From Chrysomallon squamiferum (taxonomy: Eukaryota; Animalia; Mollusca): a stretch of DNA of 64,000 nucleotides. Below are positions 17,319-52,958 of this stretch, piece by piece (the stretch's first letter is position 1; each line of letters starts with the position of its first letter). The translations under genes were made by a program, and so were the position numbers. The stretch covers positions 9,114,001 through 9,178,000 of the forward strand of contig CM022667.1 of NCBI GenBank assembly GCA_012295275.1, written 5' to 3'. The notes beneath the pieces were generated by a model. That model made no database searches and was not told the DNA's origin. It saw only the letters and a list, made by a program, of their open reading frames with translations.

Positions 17319-19160
17319 CTAAGTATATATATATATACATATACATATCCAAAATGGGCCACTACCTACTTGAGGAGTCTGACCTAAACAGAGGTTTTCA
17401 TTGCGCTGGTTGCTCCCGTTGGTTGCGCAACCCGAGGAAACGCTGTGGTCTGTCGACACACTTCTGCGAACAACTGGAGAAATACGTTTTTTCTTTTTGT
17501 CCACCAGGATTGATTCGTGGCTTTGAGCGAGAATGTTTAAGGCAACGTCGTAGTTTGGCGGTGGCGTTATAGGCTCATCTGAATTTGATGGTCTGGTCTG
17601 AAAAAAAAATATAATAAATTAATAAGTTATTTGTATTGATATATTTAAATAAAGGGATCTATAATATAATAATTTAATAATAATAATAATAAAAGAAAGA
17701 AAGAAACATAATCAAAATAAATAATAATAATAAAATTTAATAAAAAGAAAAAACACACAAAAATAAAGATAACTTTTAATAAATAGATAAATAATATATA
17801 TAAAATTAAAATTAAAATTAATCTGCCTACCACAGTAATGTAAAGAAATAGATATAATCTACTGTCAGTAATACAAAATAAACATTACACAAAAATCTTT
17901 CCTAACAAAATATAAATAAATAACATACTGCAATATCAAATTAACTTTACAAAACAGAATAACATGCCTTTCCAAAAAAGGAACATAAACATGCACACAC
18001 AGATACTTACAAACACACAACACACTTGATTCTGACCTGGTCTCAGTCTTATCAATCTACAGTATTATTAATTTACAGTAGAAATATAAATATGTAAGAA
18101 GTCACTTACTTGTCTAAGAAGCTGTGGAGTGGGTGGGTAAAGGTTTGTTGTTATAACTTCTTCATACGAGGGTGGGGGTTGGTACAAAGATGTGTTGTCA
18201 CCCTCAGTTTCTGCTGCCTCAAAATTGTTCTGACCGGCTGGGATTAACAAGAAAAAACTAGTTTAAAACAGCAAGTTTTGAAATATTAGTTATTTTTATG
18301 TGTGAAACTATGACGATATTTTTCAAAACCAGATGTATTAAATTAATAATCATGACTGTTCCCATATTCCTTCCAGAAAGAAAATTCACATAAACAAATC
18401 AAAATGTTTTTCTGTTCTTGTTAAAATGAAATTTTAGAAAGATACTAATGACTTGGATCCATACATTGTGTTCTGTAACTGTTGTGTTGTTTGTACTGAT
18501 AGTGTTGTGATATTCAATTATGTTAGTATTGTTATTAGTATTCTATTAGTGTTGTGTTATTAGATGATGCTGGTGTTATTAGATGATGTTGGTGTTGGTG
18601 ATGATGTCACTCACCAGCCTCTCGGTTGGCTTCGCGCTGCCGTTGTTGAAAACAGTAGAGAATGATGAGAAACACAACAACAGCCATCCCAACCACAACC
18701 ATGATGAGTATTGTGTTCTGATTGATCAACTGCTCATCAGCTGAAACAGTGAACAGAAAGATAATTCAGTTCTTTTTAATACTGATTACCTGGTCAATGG
18801 ACAATTAAACATTATTCATACACATATCATACATACCTACATACATACAGGTATAACACATACCTACAGGCCTACAAACATACTATGTACATATGCACAT
18901 AAAAATAAAAATATATCCATCATCCATCTAATACATACATACATATACACCTACATACAAACATATCTATTATACACACATACATACATATGTAAACACA
19001 TACCAACATATGTAAACACATACCAACATATGTAAACACATACCAACATATTCACACACACATTAATTTTAGTAATTCAGTTGAAATCAGAAATTAAATT
19101 TGACATCATCTACCTTCTTTTTAATTTTTATACACACATGTAATACATACATATATATAA

Positions 19161-19195
<35 letters not shown>

Positions 19196-19547
19196 ATATG
19201 TATGTATGTATGTATGAATGTATGTATGTATGTGTGTGTGTGTGTATATATATATACTTACACATACAAATAAAAAACACGTACATGAAACAAAGACCAG
19301 TGATCAGACTGTTACTAAAAATAAAAGACTTACGACACAAATCCATTTTTGAAATGCAGGTCCCGTCATCGCAGAGTCGCTCGGTGTACAGGTCACACTC
19401 AGTCTTTGTCGTCAACACGGCCCTCGTCGTTGCTGCTGTCGTTGCTGTCGCTGATGTGTAGTGCACATCGTTGTGTCTTGTTACCTCCATTTCGTGTATC
19501 TCTTTAATCAGCTGACTGAAATTCAACCTCAGTCTGTCATATATCAT
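17319..19547 (-). CDS. Single-pass membrane protein with a truncated LDL-receptor class A module and two cytoplasmic PPxY motifs (LDLRAD/PMEPA1-like architecture), about 248 aa
   Basis: Exons 19547-19334 (GCCATG start; CDLYTERLCDDGTCISKMDLC), 18740-18615 (TM ILIMVVVGMAVVVFLIILYCF followed by QQRQRE), 18237-18110 (PPPSYEEV) and 17597-17319 (PPPNYDVA). The GT-AG junctions are phase-consistent. A probable non-coding 5' exon ends at 21594 (GAG|GTAAGA). The extreme C-terminus is uncertain. Confidence 0.8.
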
Positions 19548-20646
19548 GGCTTCTCTTTCTAAACAGTGAAAAAAAAGAAGTTAATAATAAAGTAAAATCT
19601 AATAACTCAGCAATGACATAACAGCTAATGTTCTACTTAGCAGTAAATAGAAGGGCAGTGCAACCTTCTCATATTTTCGGCTGCTGCTGTCTTTTTGTTT
19701 GTTTCTTTTAGTTTCTTTTTTTTAACTTTTTTTTTTTTTCAGATGTCATTCGAATACTGGAGGTTTATTTTGATATTGTATATGTAATATTCACATCGAA
19801 TGTGCTGTAATAACAAGTGAACATCCTACCCTACTGAAATCAAACCTATAACCCTGCATAATGCTTATGTAGTATAGTGATTATAGAGGTTTAGTGATTA
19901 GTGGTATAGCATTAATATTTTCATTCCAGGTTAAGGGATCTGTCTGTTTTAATCTTTCTCTCTTTTCCTCATTCTTATTCTTTTTTCTTTCTTTCTATCA
20001 TGCTGTGTTATTGTTGGTACACAGTGAAATAAGAACTGTAGAGTAAAAATGTTCAGATGAATGATCTGAGTACCAGTGTGAACTATATCATTTATCTTTT
20101 AATTTTAATTTAATTTTACTTTGTTTAATTATTAATTTTTAAAACATATTTCTGCAACAAGACTTTAGATAATAATTCTAATAATAATGACAATAATAAT
20201 ATTAATAATAACAAAGTATAATAACAATAATGACTACAACAGGATTAATAATAACAATAATAATGACAAAAATATAATAATAATTATAATAATAATAACA
20301 ACAACAACAACAATAACTGCTAATGTATTAATTAATGTATGCTACCATTTATTCATTTTGACAAATGTATGTGGAAGTTATTATTTACAAGATAACTGGC
20401 ACTAATGAGGTGTGTGTGTTGATGAAATCAGAACTTGTTAGGTGTAAAGGTGTTTGACAGGTGATAACTAATCGACTCACACAGGTAAGATGTGTCAACA
20501 TATAGACTAGCAGTCTGCAGGTGAAATAATTCAATATTTGTAATTAGTATGATGAAGTTGAAGCTTAGTGAAGATTTCACAATATTTTTCACCTTTGATA
20601 TTGAACAAAAAGGTGTGTTTGTGTATATAGGGAGAGACAGATTGAG

Positions 20647-20721
<75 letters not shown>

Positions 20722-20813
20722 AATATATGTATATAGATGTACACGTCTGAATAGATATCATAAATACACAGCTCAAATCATATATAATCAAATATTGCAT
20801 ATTAATAAAATTT

Positions 20814-20817
<4 letters not shown>

Positions 20818-20892
<75 letters not shown>
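20818..20892. repeat. (AG)n microsatellite
   Basis: Directly visible. Confidence 0.95.
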
Positions 20893-20894
<2 letters not shown>

Positions 20895-21309
20895 AATATT
20901 TATCTAAACATATACAAATAAATGTAAATATAATATTCCTGCATTTCTGTTTTGCACAGTTGTTTTTATTTTTACAGTATTTACAACTTCATTAAGAACA
21001 ACAATAACAAATGTAAGGGTATTGTATGTTGACAAAGTATTTTGTATTTTTAATATTTTTACATGAATTAAGCAATAAATGTGTGGATATAACCATTCAT
21101 ATGCACAGTTTATCTCAAATAACACTTAGTTCAGCGTCGAAAAAACAATTTTGACAAATGACAAATGTAATTTATAAATATTTTCTAAATTTTAGAAATT
21201 CACATACTTTTATATTTTTTTTATATATATAAATCAGATATCAGTCACTTATGAAATCAGATTTCTGTTTGAAACATCAATAATTTTACTTATTCAAAAT
21301 TCCAGGTAA

Positions 21310-21700
21310 AAACAAACAACGAATCTATGACGTAATGAAGACAACAACGGAAGGGTTGGTCCCTTTGTGTCGCGAATAAAAAAAAAAACCCGCCGTGGGC
21401 AATAATGTATTGACTGCCTATTTCCTCTTTAAGTTCGTGTCACAAAGTGTATGTTATTTAAAAAGCTTCGATTTAATCATTAGAAACGAAATACCGACCT
21501 TATATTGAATACGCGACTTACGACTACGGCACGAAGTTAAAAGAAAGTTGTCATTACGCGAAATTGTTGTAACACGAGTAAACATAATCTTACCTCACTC
21601 GACCATCTTCGGTTTGTGACCCAATTAACTCCTCGTTTCTAAAGACTTTCGTTTAGAGTTATTTCCCCTGCTGTATGTTGTTTCGCTTGACACAGTTTCG

Positions 21701-21741
<41 letters not shown>

Positions 21742-21764
21742 ATATATATGTATATATGTATGTA

Positions 21765-21812
<48 letters not shown>

Positions 21813-23075
21813 AAAAGCACATGTATTTAGCTAGAAAATAGGGCCATTATAATAAGAAAGAAAGAAAGAAAAAATAAACGAAAAACATTTACATTTTCAA
21901 AACAAATTTGCAGAGGCTGTCCGTCTGTTTGTCGAGATATATGTGCAAGTTCATTTCTCTGACCATCCATTCGTATTTTTCTCCTTGTCATTCTTTGAGG
22001 TCTCCTACTGCTACAACAACAACAATCTCCTTCATCCAAACTAAGTATTAAATTAGACTTATTTATTAATTTTTTACATCTGTCTATTCCGAATACAGAT
22101 AATGCTGTGACGTCATTCAATTGTCTAAATGTCATACTGCGTTCAACAACACGACCGATTTAAACGTTTGTTTATATTTATTTACTCTCTATGTGTGTTT
22201 ATTTCTATATTCGTAAATATTCGTACAAATAAAAATATGTAATAGAAGGAACAGAAGAAATTGCAAGACTTTCCGTTTTAGAATTTCTCGTCTTTATTTA
22301 CAGCTAGAACGGTGACGTCACTGCATTGTTTAAACGTCATTCACTGTTGAGGTAACGTTTTGTTTATATTTTCTTTTTAATCGATAATTAAAGCAAGTCG
22401 CAATTAACGTAATGACGAAGTTTAAAAAGGGGGATTACACGCCCTCCTGCTTTTCGCTTCTCTGTAGATAATAGACTGACGTCATTTCATTGTTTTGACG
22501 TCGTACAGTGAGTGACGAGCAAGTTGACCGTAAACATAAACTTTCGTTTATTTTATCTTTATTGATTCTGATATAACTAAATGTAATGTTTAGTGAGGAT
22601 TGTGGGTTTTTCTGCCTTCATCATAACTAATGTAAGTTGCCAATGTATGTAGATATGTACAGATTGGTAACACTTATATAGCCGTAAATGAATTTTCGTA
22701 TGTATTTCTGTCTTGATGCCGGATGTTACCAAAAACGAATAATATGATGAAAAGTGGAGATGACATTATTCCATTTCTTGTTTATATTTATTGGTATTTC
22801 CAGTGCATTAAGTCATTCCATTTGGTTCAGTGTCATATGGCGATCAACGACAAGGCGCCAGGTACAGTTTTCTTTGTTTAAACTTTTATTATTCAGTCAA
22901 AAATAGATGTAATTTTAGAGTAACTAAGAATAGTAAGTACGTCAATATATAACAGATACTTTCAAAGTGGTGTGCTCTGAGTCACAACTAACGCAAATAA
23001 GTATATAAATGTCAGATTTTATGTACGTGAGTATGACGTCATACCATTGTTAACGTAGGTGTCACTTACGTCTTG
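21310..23075. promoter_or_regulatory. CpG-retaining promoter/enhancer region with four perfect CRE palindromes, upstream of the PPxY membrane protein gene
   Basis: CpG is frequent here relative to the CpG-poor gene bodies. TGACGTCA occurs at 22108, 22313, 22477 and 23034, plus half-sites (e.g. TGACGTAA at 21328). A candidate first-exon donor lies at 21593. Confidence 0.65.
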
Positions 23076-23328
23076 TAACCTATTAAAGGGATACCACATT
23101 ACAGAAACTGCTTTAGTTTCAGATTAAAAAAAAAAAAGGAAAAAGAAAAAAAAAAAAGATAAATCATACATTTATTTGAAAGATGATTTTTTGTACACTG
23201 GTTTATTTCTGAAGAATAAAAGATATTTACACACACACAAATTACATTTTAAAATACCTTCCCTCTCTGTACCTTTTTAAAAACTTTCTGTATATATGTA
23301 AAATATAATTTTAAAAAATGACAGAGAA

Positions 23329-23372
<44 letters not shown>

Positions 23373-25599
23373 GATCAGACATAAAAAACACAAACAACAA
23401 CAAAAAGAAAAACAAGAAAAACAAAAACAACAAAAAAAAGACAATATGCTTATGTATATTTAAAGTTTTTGTTACACACAGTCAAAACCCTAGTAGCAGA
23501 TGATATGTTTATTAATTTACAATCATGGAAACAAATGCATAGCAGTAATCACAGTTTGTTCAAATGTACACACAGGTATATATGTATGTTTTTATGTTTT
23601 CATGCATGTATGTGTGTGTATCTAATTATATATAAACATACTCTTTAAGGTAAACAACTGTAGACTGGAGAATAATTATATCCATCTGTTACAGAATTTA
23701 AATGAAATTAAAATAATTTATTAACTAATTTATTTACATTCTTTACACAAATATGTGTATCAAAGGTCATGTCTGTTTAAACAAATAAATTAGCAAAATA
23801 TTTATTTATTTATTTAAAAAAAAATTAAAGATTCTATTTTGTGTATCTCACATTAACTTACACAAAAAAATCAATAAATGGCTGAATAATTTAATATACT
23901 GTAATGGAATTAACAGTTTTAAATTATTATCCATTATCCTATATAATAATAATAATAAAAAAATTAAAAAATTAAATTAAATTATAAAATAAAACTAATA
24001 AAAAGAATAAATGTGAGAAAGAAAAAGGTTTGACAGTGTGTAATAATAATTTTAAAATACATTTAGTACAATACTGAAATTTGCACATTTCATTCATTTT
24101 TCACATGTTGGGATGTAAATACATGTATTATAGTTTGTACGTATGTATGTCTGTGTGCATTTTTATTTATATGTATCCATGCATGCATATAATGTGTCTG
24201 TGTGTGTTTTTTTTTTTTTATGTATAACTAAACATCTCAACAGGAAACAAAAGTCACAACCCAAACACTAAATAATATACCAGTAATATTAACACTTTTA
24301 ACACTTTTAATTTTATACTGCAAGCATTTTTTGAGACAGCAGTTGCACTAAACACTGAAAATATATGATTGCATGGAACAAAAAAGACAAGAAATTTCTG
24401 ATTCAAAAATGCAAGTGTCTCAGACATTTTTGTAAAAGGAAGCACCATATATATATAAATGTATATACACATACTGTTAATTATAGATGCAGATTATAGA
24501 CATACATTAAATGGATTAAAAGGTTTGAAAGCTATCTGTGTATTTTTATATATTCTAAAAGTTTTTCTATGAAAGTGGAAGCCATTTTTTTATTTGTGTG
24601 AATATAAAATAAAATGGTTTTATATTTATTAATATACTTCGTAGAGTCTCATAAAAACAATAAATGAATCTAGCTATAAAGAAAAATAATAATTTGGCAA
24701 AAAAAAAAAAAAATAAAATTATTCACAATAATAATAAAAAAGAAGTAAAAAAGAAAAAAGACCAAAAGGAATAGAGCTATAGCATACCTCTTATTTAGAT
24801 TGTGTAAAAGAATCAGTTAATTCACCAATAAAACAGCTTTGTAATACTTACCATTACAATATATATATATATATATAAACACACATACACATATTATTTG
24901 GTGATGTATTTCTTAATGAATCATACTGCTTTTTATCCACATTTCATATTGTATTATGTGTATATGTTTCTCTCTGTGTGTGTGTGTGTGTGTATAGATA
25001 AACCACTCAAAGGACCAAGCATTTCTCACATAAATTATAAACAATGTAACAATTAAAAATAATATTAGTATTTTAAAATTTATTTTCTTTTAATAAGAAA
25101 AAAGAAGACAAAAGAAAAGTATTTGCATTCATTATCTGTACACACACACACACAAACAAACACACACACACAGACACACATATGCACAACTAATACATCT
25201 AAAAATAAATATATAAATCTAACAGACAGTAAAGGTTACAGATAATATCTCTAATTTTAAATAGAATTTCTTAATATGGATTTGATCAGGAATAATTTGA
25301 CAAGGAGAAGATAACTCTATTGGTGGGGGGATGTATCACTATTTATTCAGTGATTCATAGACAGCATAATGCATTAAAGAAAGATTTATTAAAAAGAAAT
25401 TCCTCTATTAAAGAAATGAAATTTTCTTAAAATTAACTAGTTATAAACTCTGTAATTTAATTTGATTGTTATAAATATACATAATCAAGTCAAACAATAA
25501 ATATGAACAAAAGATAATTTTTGAAATAACTATTTTTTATTCTCTGCCATTATAAAATTAGAAATTATTTATTTAATGCCCAAAATTTTCAAAATACCC

Positions 25600-25775
25600 T
25601 TTAGTATCAAAACAACCTTTCTTAATAAAAAGTTTTCTAGATAAAGCTTGAAGTATCTCTTAGGTTTTTGTTTTTGTGTTTGTGTAATTTTTTATATATC
25701 CAGTTTTTGCTAATTTAATTTTTATTCCTCTATACATTGTGACAGTATGATTGTCTGATGGTATATTTTTTTTGT
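25600..25775. repeat. Dispersed repeat relic, copy 1 (copy 2 at ~28374-28535)
   Basis: ttagtatcaaaacaacctttcttaataaaaagttttctagataaa...ctctatacattgtgacagtatgattgt aligns with ttagtatcaaaataatctttcttaataacagttttctagataaa...ctctattcactgtgacaatgtgactgt. Confidence 0.7.
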
Positions 25776-25861
25776 GTTTAATAATTCTACTAATATGCTA
25801 AACTGAACTATGAAGCAACACAACCAAGTGTGTACAATGTACAGACACAAAACACAGATAA

Positions 25862-25993
<132 letters not shown>

Positions 25994-26517
25994 GCACGCG
26001 TGCGCACATTCCTAATTACAAATTCATGAAAAATCATCTATAATTAATACAGGATTAAACATATCACTATACTGAGCCAAGCTGAGATAAAGCTTTGAGT
26101 ATTTCATCTACTCACAGATGTGCTGAAAAATAATTCACCAGTTTATTTAACTCCATCAGTGTTCAAAATACAAATCTTGTTACAGTAATTATAGATAACA
26201 CAACAGCACAATATCTTTACAGTAAAATTTTAAAATATTTTTCACACTTTATTACAAGCTTGTATCAGTGTTCAGTGTCTTATTTGATTCAGAATATAAA
26301 AGACTTCAAGTCTTTTTCAATTTTGGAACAAGGTTTATACAAGATATTGATTTATCCGATGATTTTCACTATTTCAGTTTAGATGTTACCAATAGTTTTA
26401 TGATTCTGAACAGAAAAAAGTTTAAGTCTTTTCAAATATTTTATGTCAAATTTGTATCAGATATTGACACCTGTTTTATCTGATTGAAAGTCCATTTAAG
26501 CTGGGGGTTGTTTTGTG

Positions 26518-26551
<34 letters not shown>

Positions 26552-26794
26552 ATATAGAGGGATTTAAATCAAAATAGTTCTATCTTTTTGAGAAGAGACA
26601 GTTACATTTTTTTTGCAATTTTTAAACTCAATCTTAAATAATATAATGTTTAATATTTTACTTTAATTCAAAGTACAGCACATCAAGTTATCAGAATTAA
26701 AGTTTACAAAGCTTCAGTTGAGACAATACCAGAATATGCCCAGTTTTTGCGTCAGATTTAGAGTAACTGAAGATAAAGCTGTTATTTCTGAGTT

Positions 26795-50309
<23,515 letters not shown>

Positions 50310-50384
50310 GATCATTTATTTTTAAATGCCATCATTTATTCTGGTAAATAAAAAGACTACATCAACAGAACCTCACTTTCCTCC

Positions 50385-50450
50385 CAAGTATCATGTGATA
50401 GAAATATCATCTGCTATCACTTCCGTTTACTATCAAGGGAGATAACCAGA
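50385..50450 (-). promoter_or_regulatory. Putative MROH1 proximal promoter with M-box/CLEAR-like and ETS sites
   Basis: TCATGTGA at 50391-50398 and ACTTCCG at ~50419-50425, about 80-115 bp upstream of the ATG. Confidence 0.4.
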
Positions 50451-50489
50451 ACAATACTATATTACCAAGTATTAAAATTTATATTATTT

Positions 50490-50543
<54 letters not shown>

Positions 50544-51868
50544 TTAAAAATTTAAATGTAGATATATATCAACTGCCTTTAATTTTAATTTGAAAAAAAA
50601 TATAATTAATTAAATATAAAATAATTATCTATTATATATACTAAATATTTTACTTGCAGTCAATACTTAAAGGCTTTAGAAAAAAATTAATTGTGTCATT
50701 TTCTTAATGACATTTCATAACATCTGATATCAATAATATCAGGTATTGTCCATGTTGATCACTGTTTGGTGCATATATTAATACAAACAAACAAACAAAC
50801 AAATAAAATTTGTGATAAAAAACAAAATACACCCTGTTTCAAAAATGACTTTATTTGGTTACTGGAAATAAAAATTCTAACAAAAACTGTATAATTATTA
50901 TCACAGATCACTGCATGCATATTTGGAAAAGAAATATCACAAACATTAAGGCCATACAAACGTAAATAATAATATAAATATTTATTGTTGCAATCAGATG
51001 TGATCATATTGCAAGGCCATAATAAAGCTATGAAATGCAAAGTAGATCTTTTTTATATTTATTTAACTCTTTCTTTTCAGTTCTTTCTTTTCTTTGTTAT
51101 ATCATATTTCCTTCAAAGTATTTTAAATAAGACATTAAAAACAGTTTTGATATTCAGTAGAAATAATAACTTTAAAACAATCCTTGAATGTTAATTTTTA
51201 ATTATTTAAGTAACTCTTTAAAAAAAGTAAATTTAGTTTATAGTTTATTAATTGTATACATTTCTTTTTCTTTCTTTTTGTTAAATTTTATATATGAGAT
51301 GGAGAAATTGCAATTCATGTTGTTAATTAGGAATTTTACTATTTTAACCCATCTGCATTCATTTTAATGAACAAAAATAAATATTTTCACTAACAAGCGT
51401 AACTTATTTACTGACAATAATTTATATATGTACTTATCAAAAAGACACTGAATTGGTATTCAGAAAAGATAGAGCCATATTATTTACATTATTTACATAA
51501 TGTACATTCTGATTAATTATTTAAAAATCAAATATTGTTGTGACAAAAATCAATATTTTTTAACAATTTATAACAAAAAAAAAAATAAAAAAATAAAAAA
51601 AAAATAATGAAAATAAAAAAATAAATAAAAGAATTTAAATTAAACAAACAAAACAAATAAAACAATAAATGACATGATTCGATTTGAAACTAACATAAAA
51701 AACATGTAACAGAAACCGGTGTAACATAAAAAATATGTACATAACATAACAGATTTATTTACATAACATAACAACAAATAACTGATATAACAATATAGTT
51801 CTGAAAGTCATAGTTTTTGCATTTGTATAGTAATTTCAATAACAGCTTTTATAATTAAATTTCAATAA

Positions 51869-51907
<39 letters not shown>

Positions 51908-52958
51908 CAAAATGTAAAAAAAAAAAAAAAAAAAAAAAATAAAAAATAAATAAAAAATAGAGAATTTAAATATTATGGAGAACAAAAATTAAACTAATGA
52001 TATACAGCAGTTTCTAAAAATAAATGTTTCATTCCTACATCTTAAGAGTCGTCAACTGTCATTGTCTCAGAATTAAAAATATTGTAAACAAAACTGTTGA
52101 ACATTAACAAAAATAATTTTAACCTGTCCTCCTGAATAGCAGACATTTAGGATTATACTCTGGGAAAAAGCACAGAAGTACATTTATACTGACAACTTAA
52201 TTAAATGCATAATTAAAAATTGGGTAGAAATATATTTGATTTAAAACATCAAGTTATCTTATGAAACCAGGAAAGAGAAGTATAAACGTATTTTAACCAT
52301 GTATAAAGGATTATAAAAAAGGGTAAAAATGCAGATGATCCTAAAAGTTAAAATAGCATAATTATCTACAAAAGACAGATCAGCAGATTATCCATCAAAG
52401 ACAAAATGAACAGATTATCCTAAAAGATAAAACAGCAGTATCCAGATTATTTATAAAAGATTAAATAACGTATTATCCATAAAAGGAACATAAGCAGATT
52501 ATCCACATAAGTAAAAGATTATTCAAAAAACAATCCAATGGATTGTCTTCTTGTTGAAGAATATGTTAAGGCAATCATTTCCATTCATAGAAATAAATCT
52601 GTTTTGACAAATATTTTTTAAAATGCTGTGGATCATGGTATTTTTAATGTATGAAATGAATATTTACAAATATGTTTGGTTTTATTACCATTTGATACAA
52701 ACAGATAAACTTTTTTTAAATATCTGTCCTTTAGAATGGACACTGATTCAAGTAAATAAGCTTAAAAAAAAATATATTTTAAAAGATATAAACTTTCGTT
52801 TGTCATTGTTTCGTAACAACCACTGTAGTTTTGTCAAGTCATACTGTCTAAACAATTCCAATTTAGTTTTTTTTGAACACTTTGAACTGTCGAGACATAA
52901 CTGCAAAAACTGAAAAAAAATAAGACTCTGGCAATAAAACTGCGACGGAACAAATTCT

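Noticed and set aside
20478-20520. Possible 34-nt minus-strand exon with an ATG upstream of the PY gene
   Set aside because: Its ATG would be out of frame with the main CDS, and nothing else supports it.
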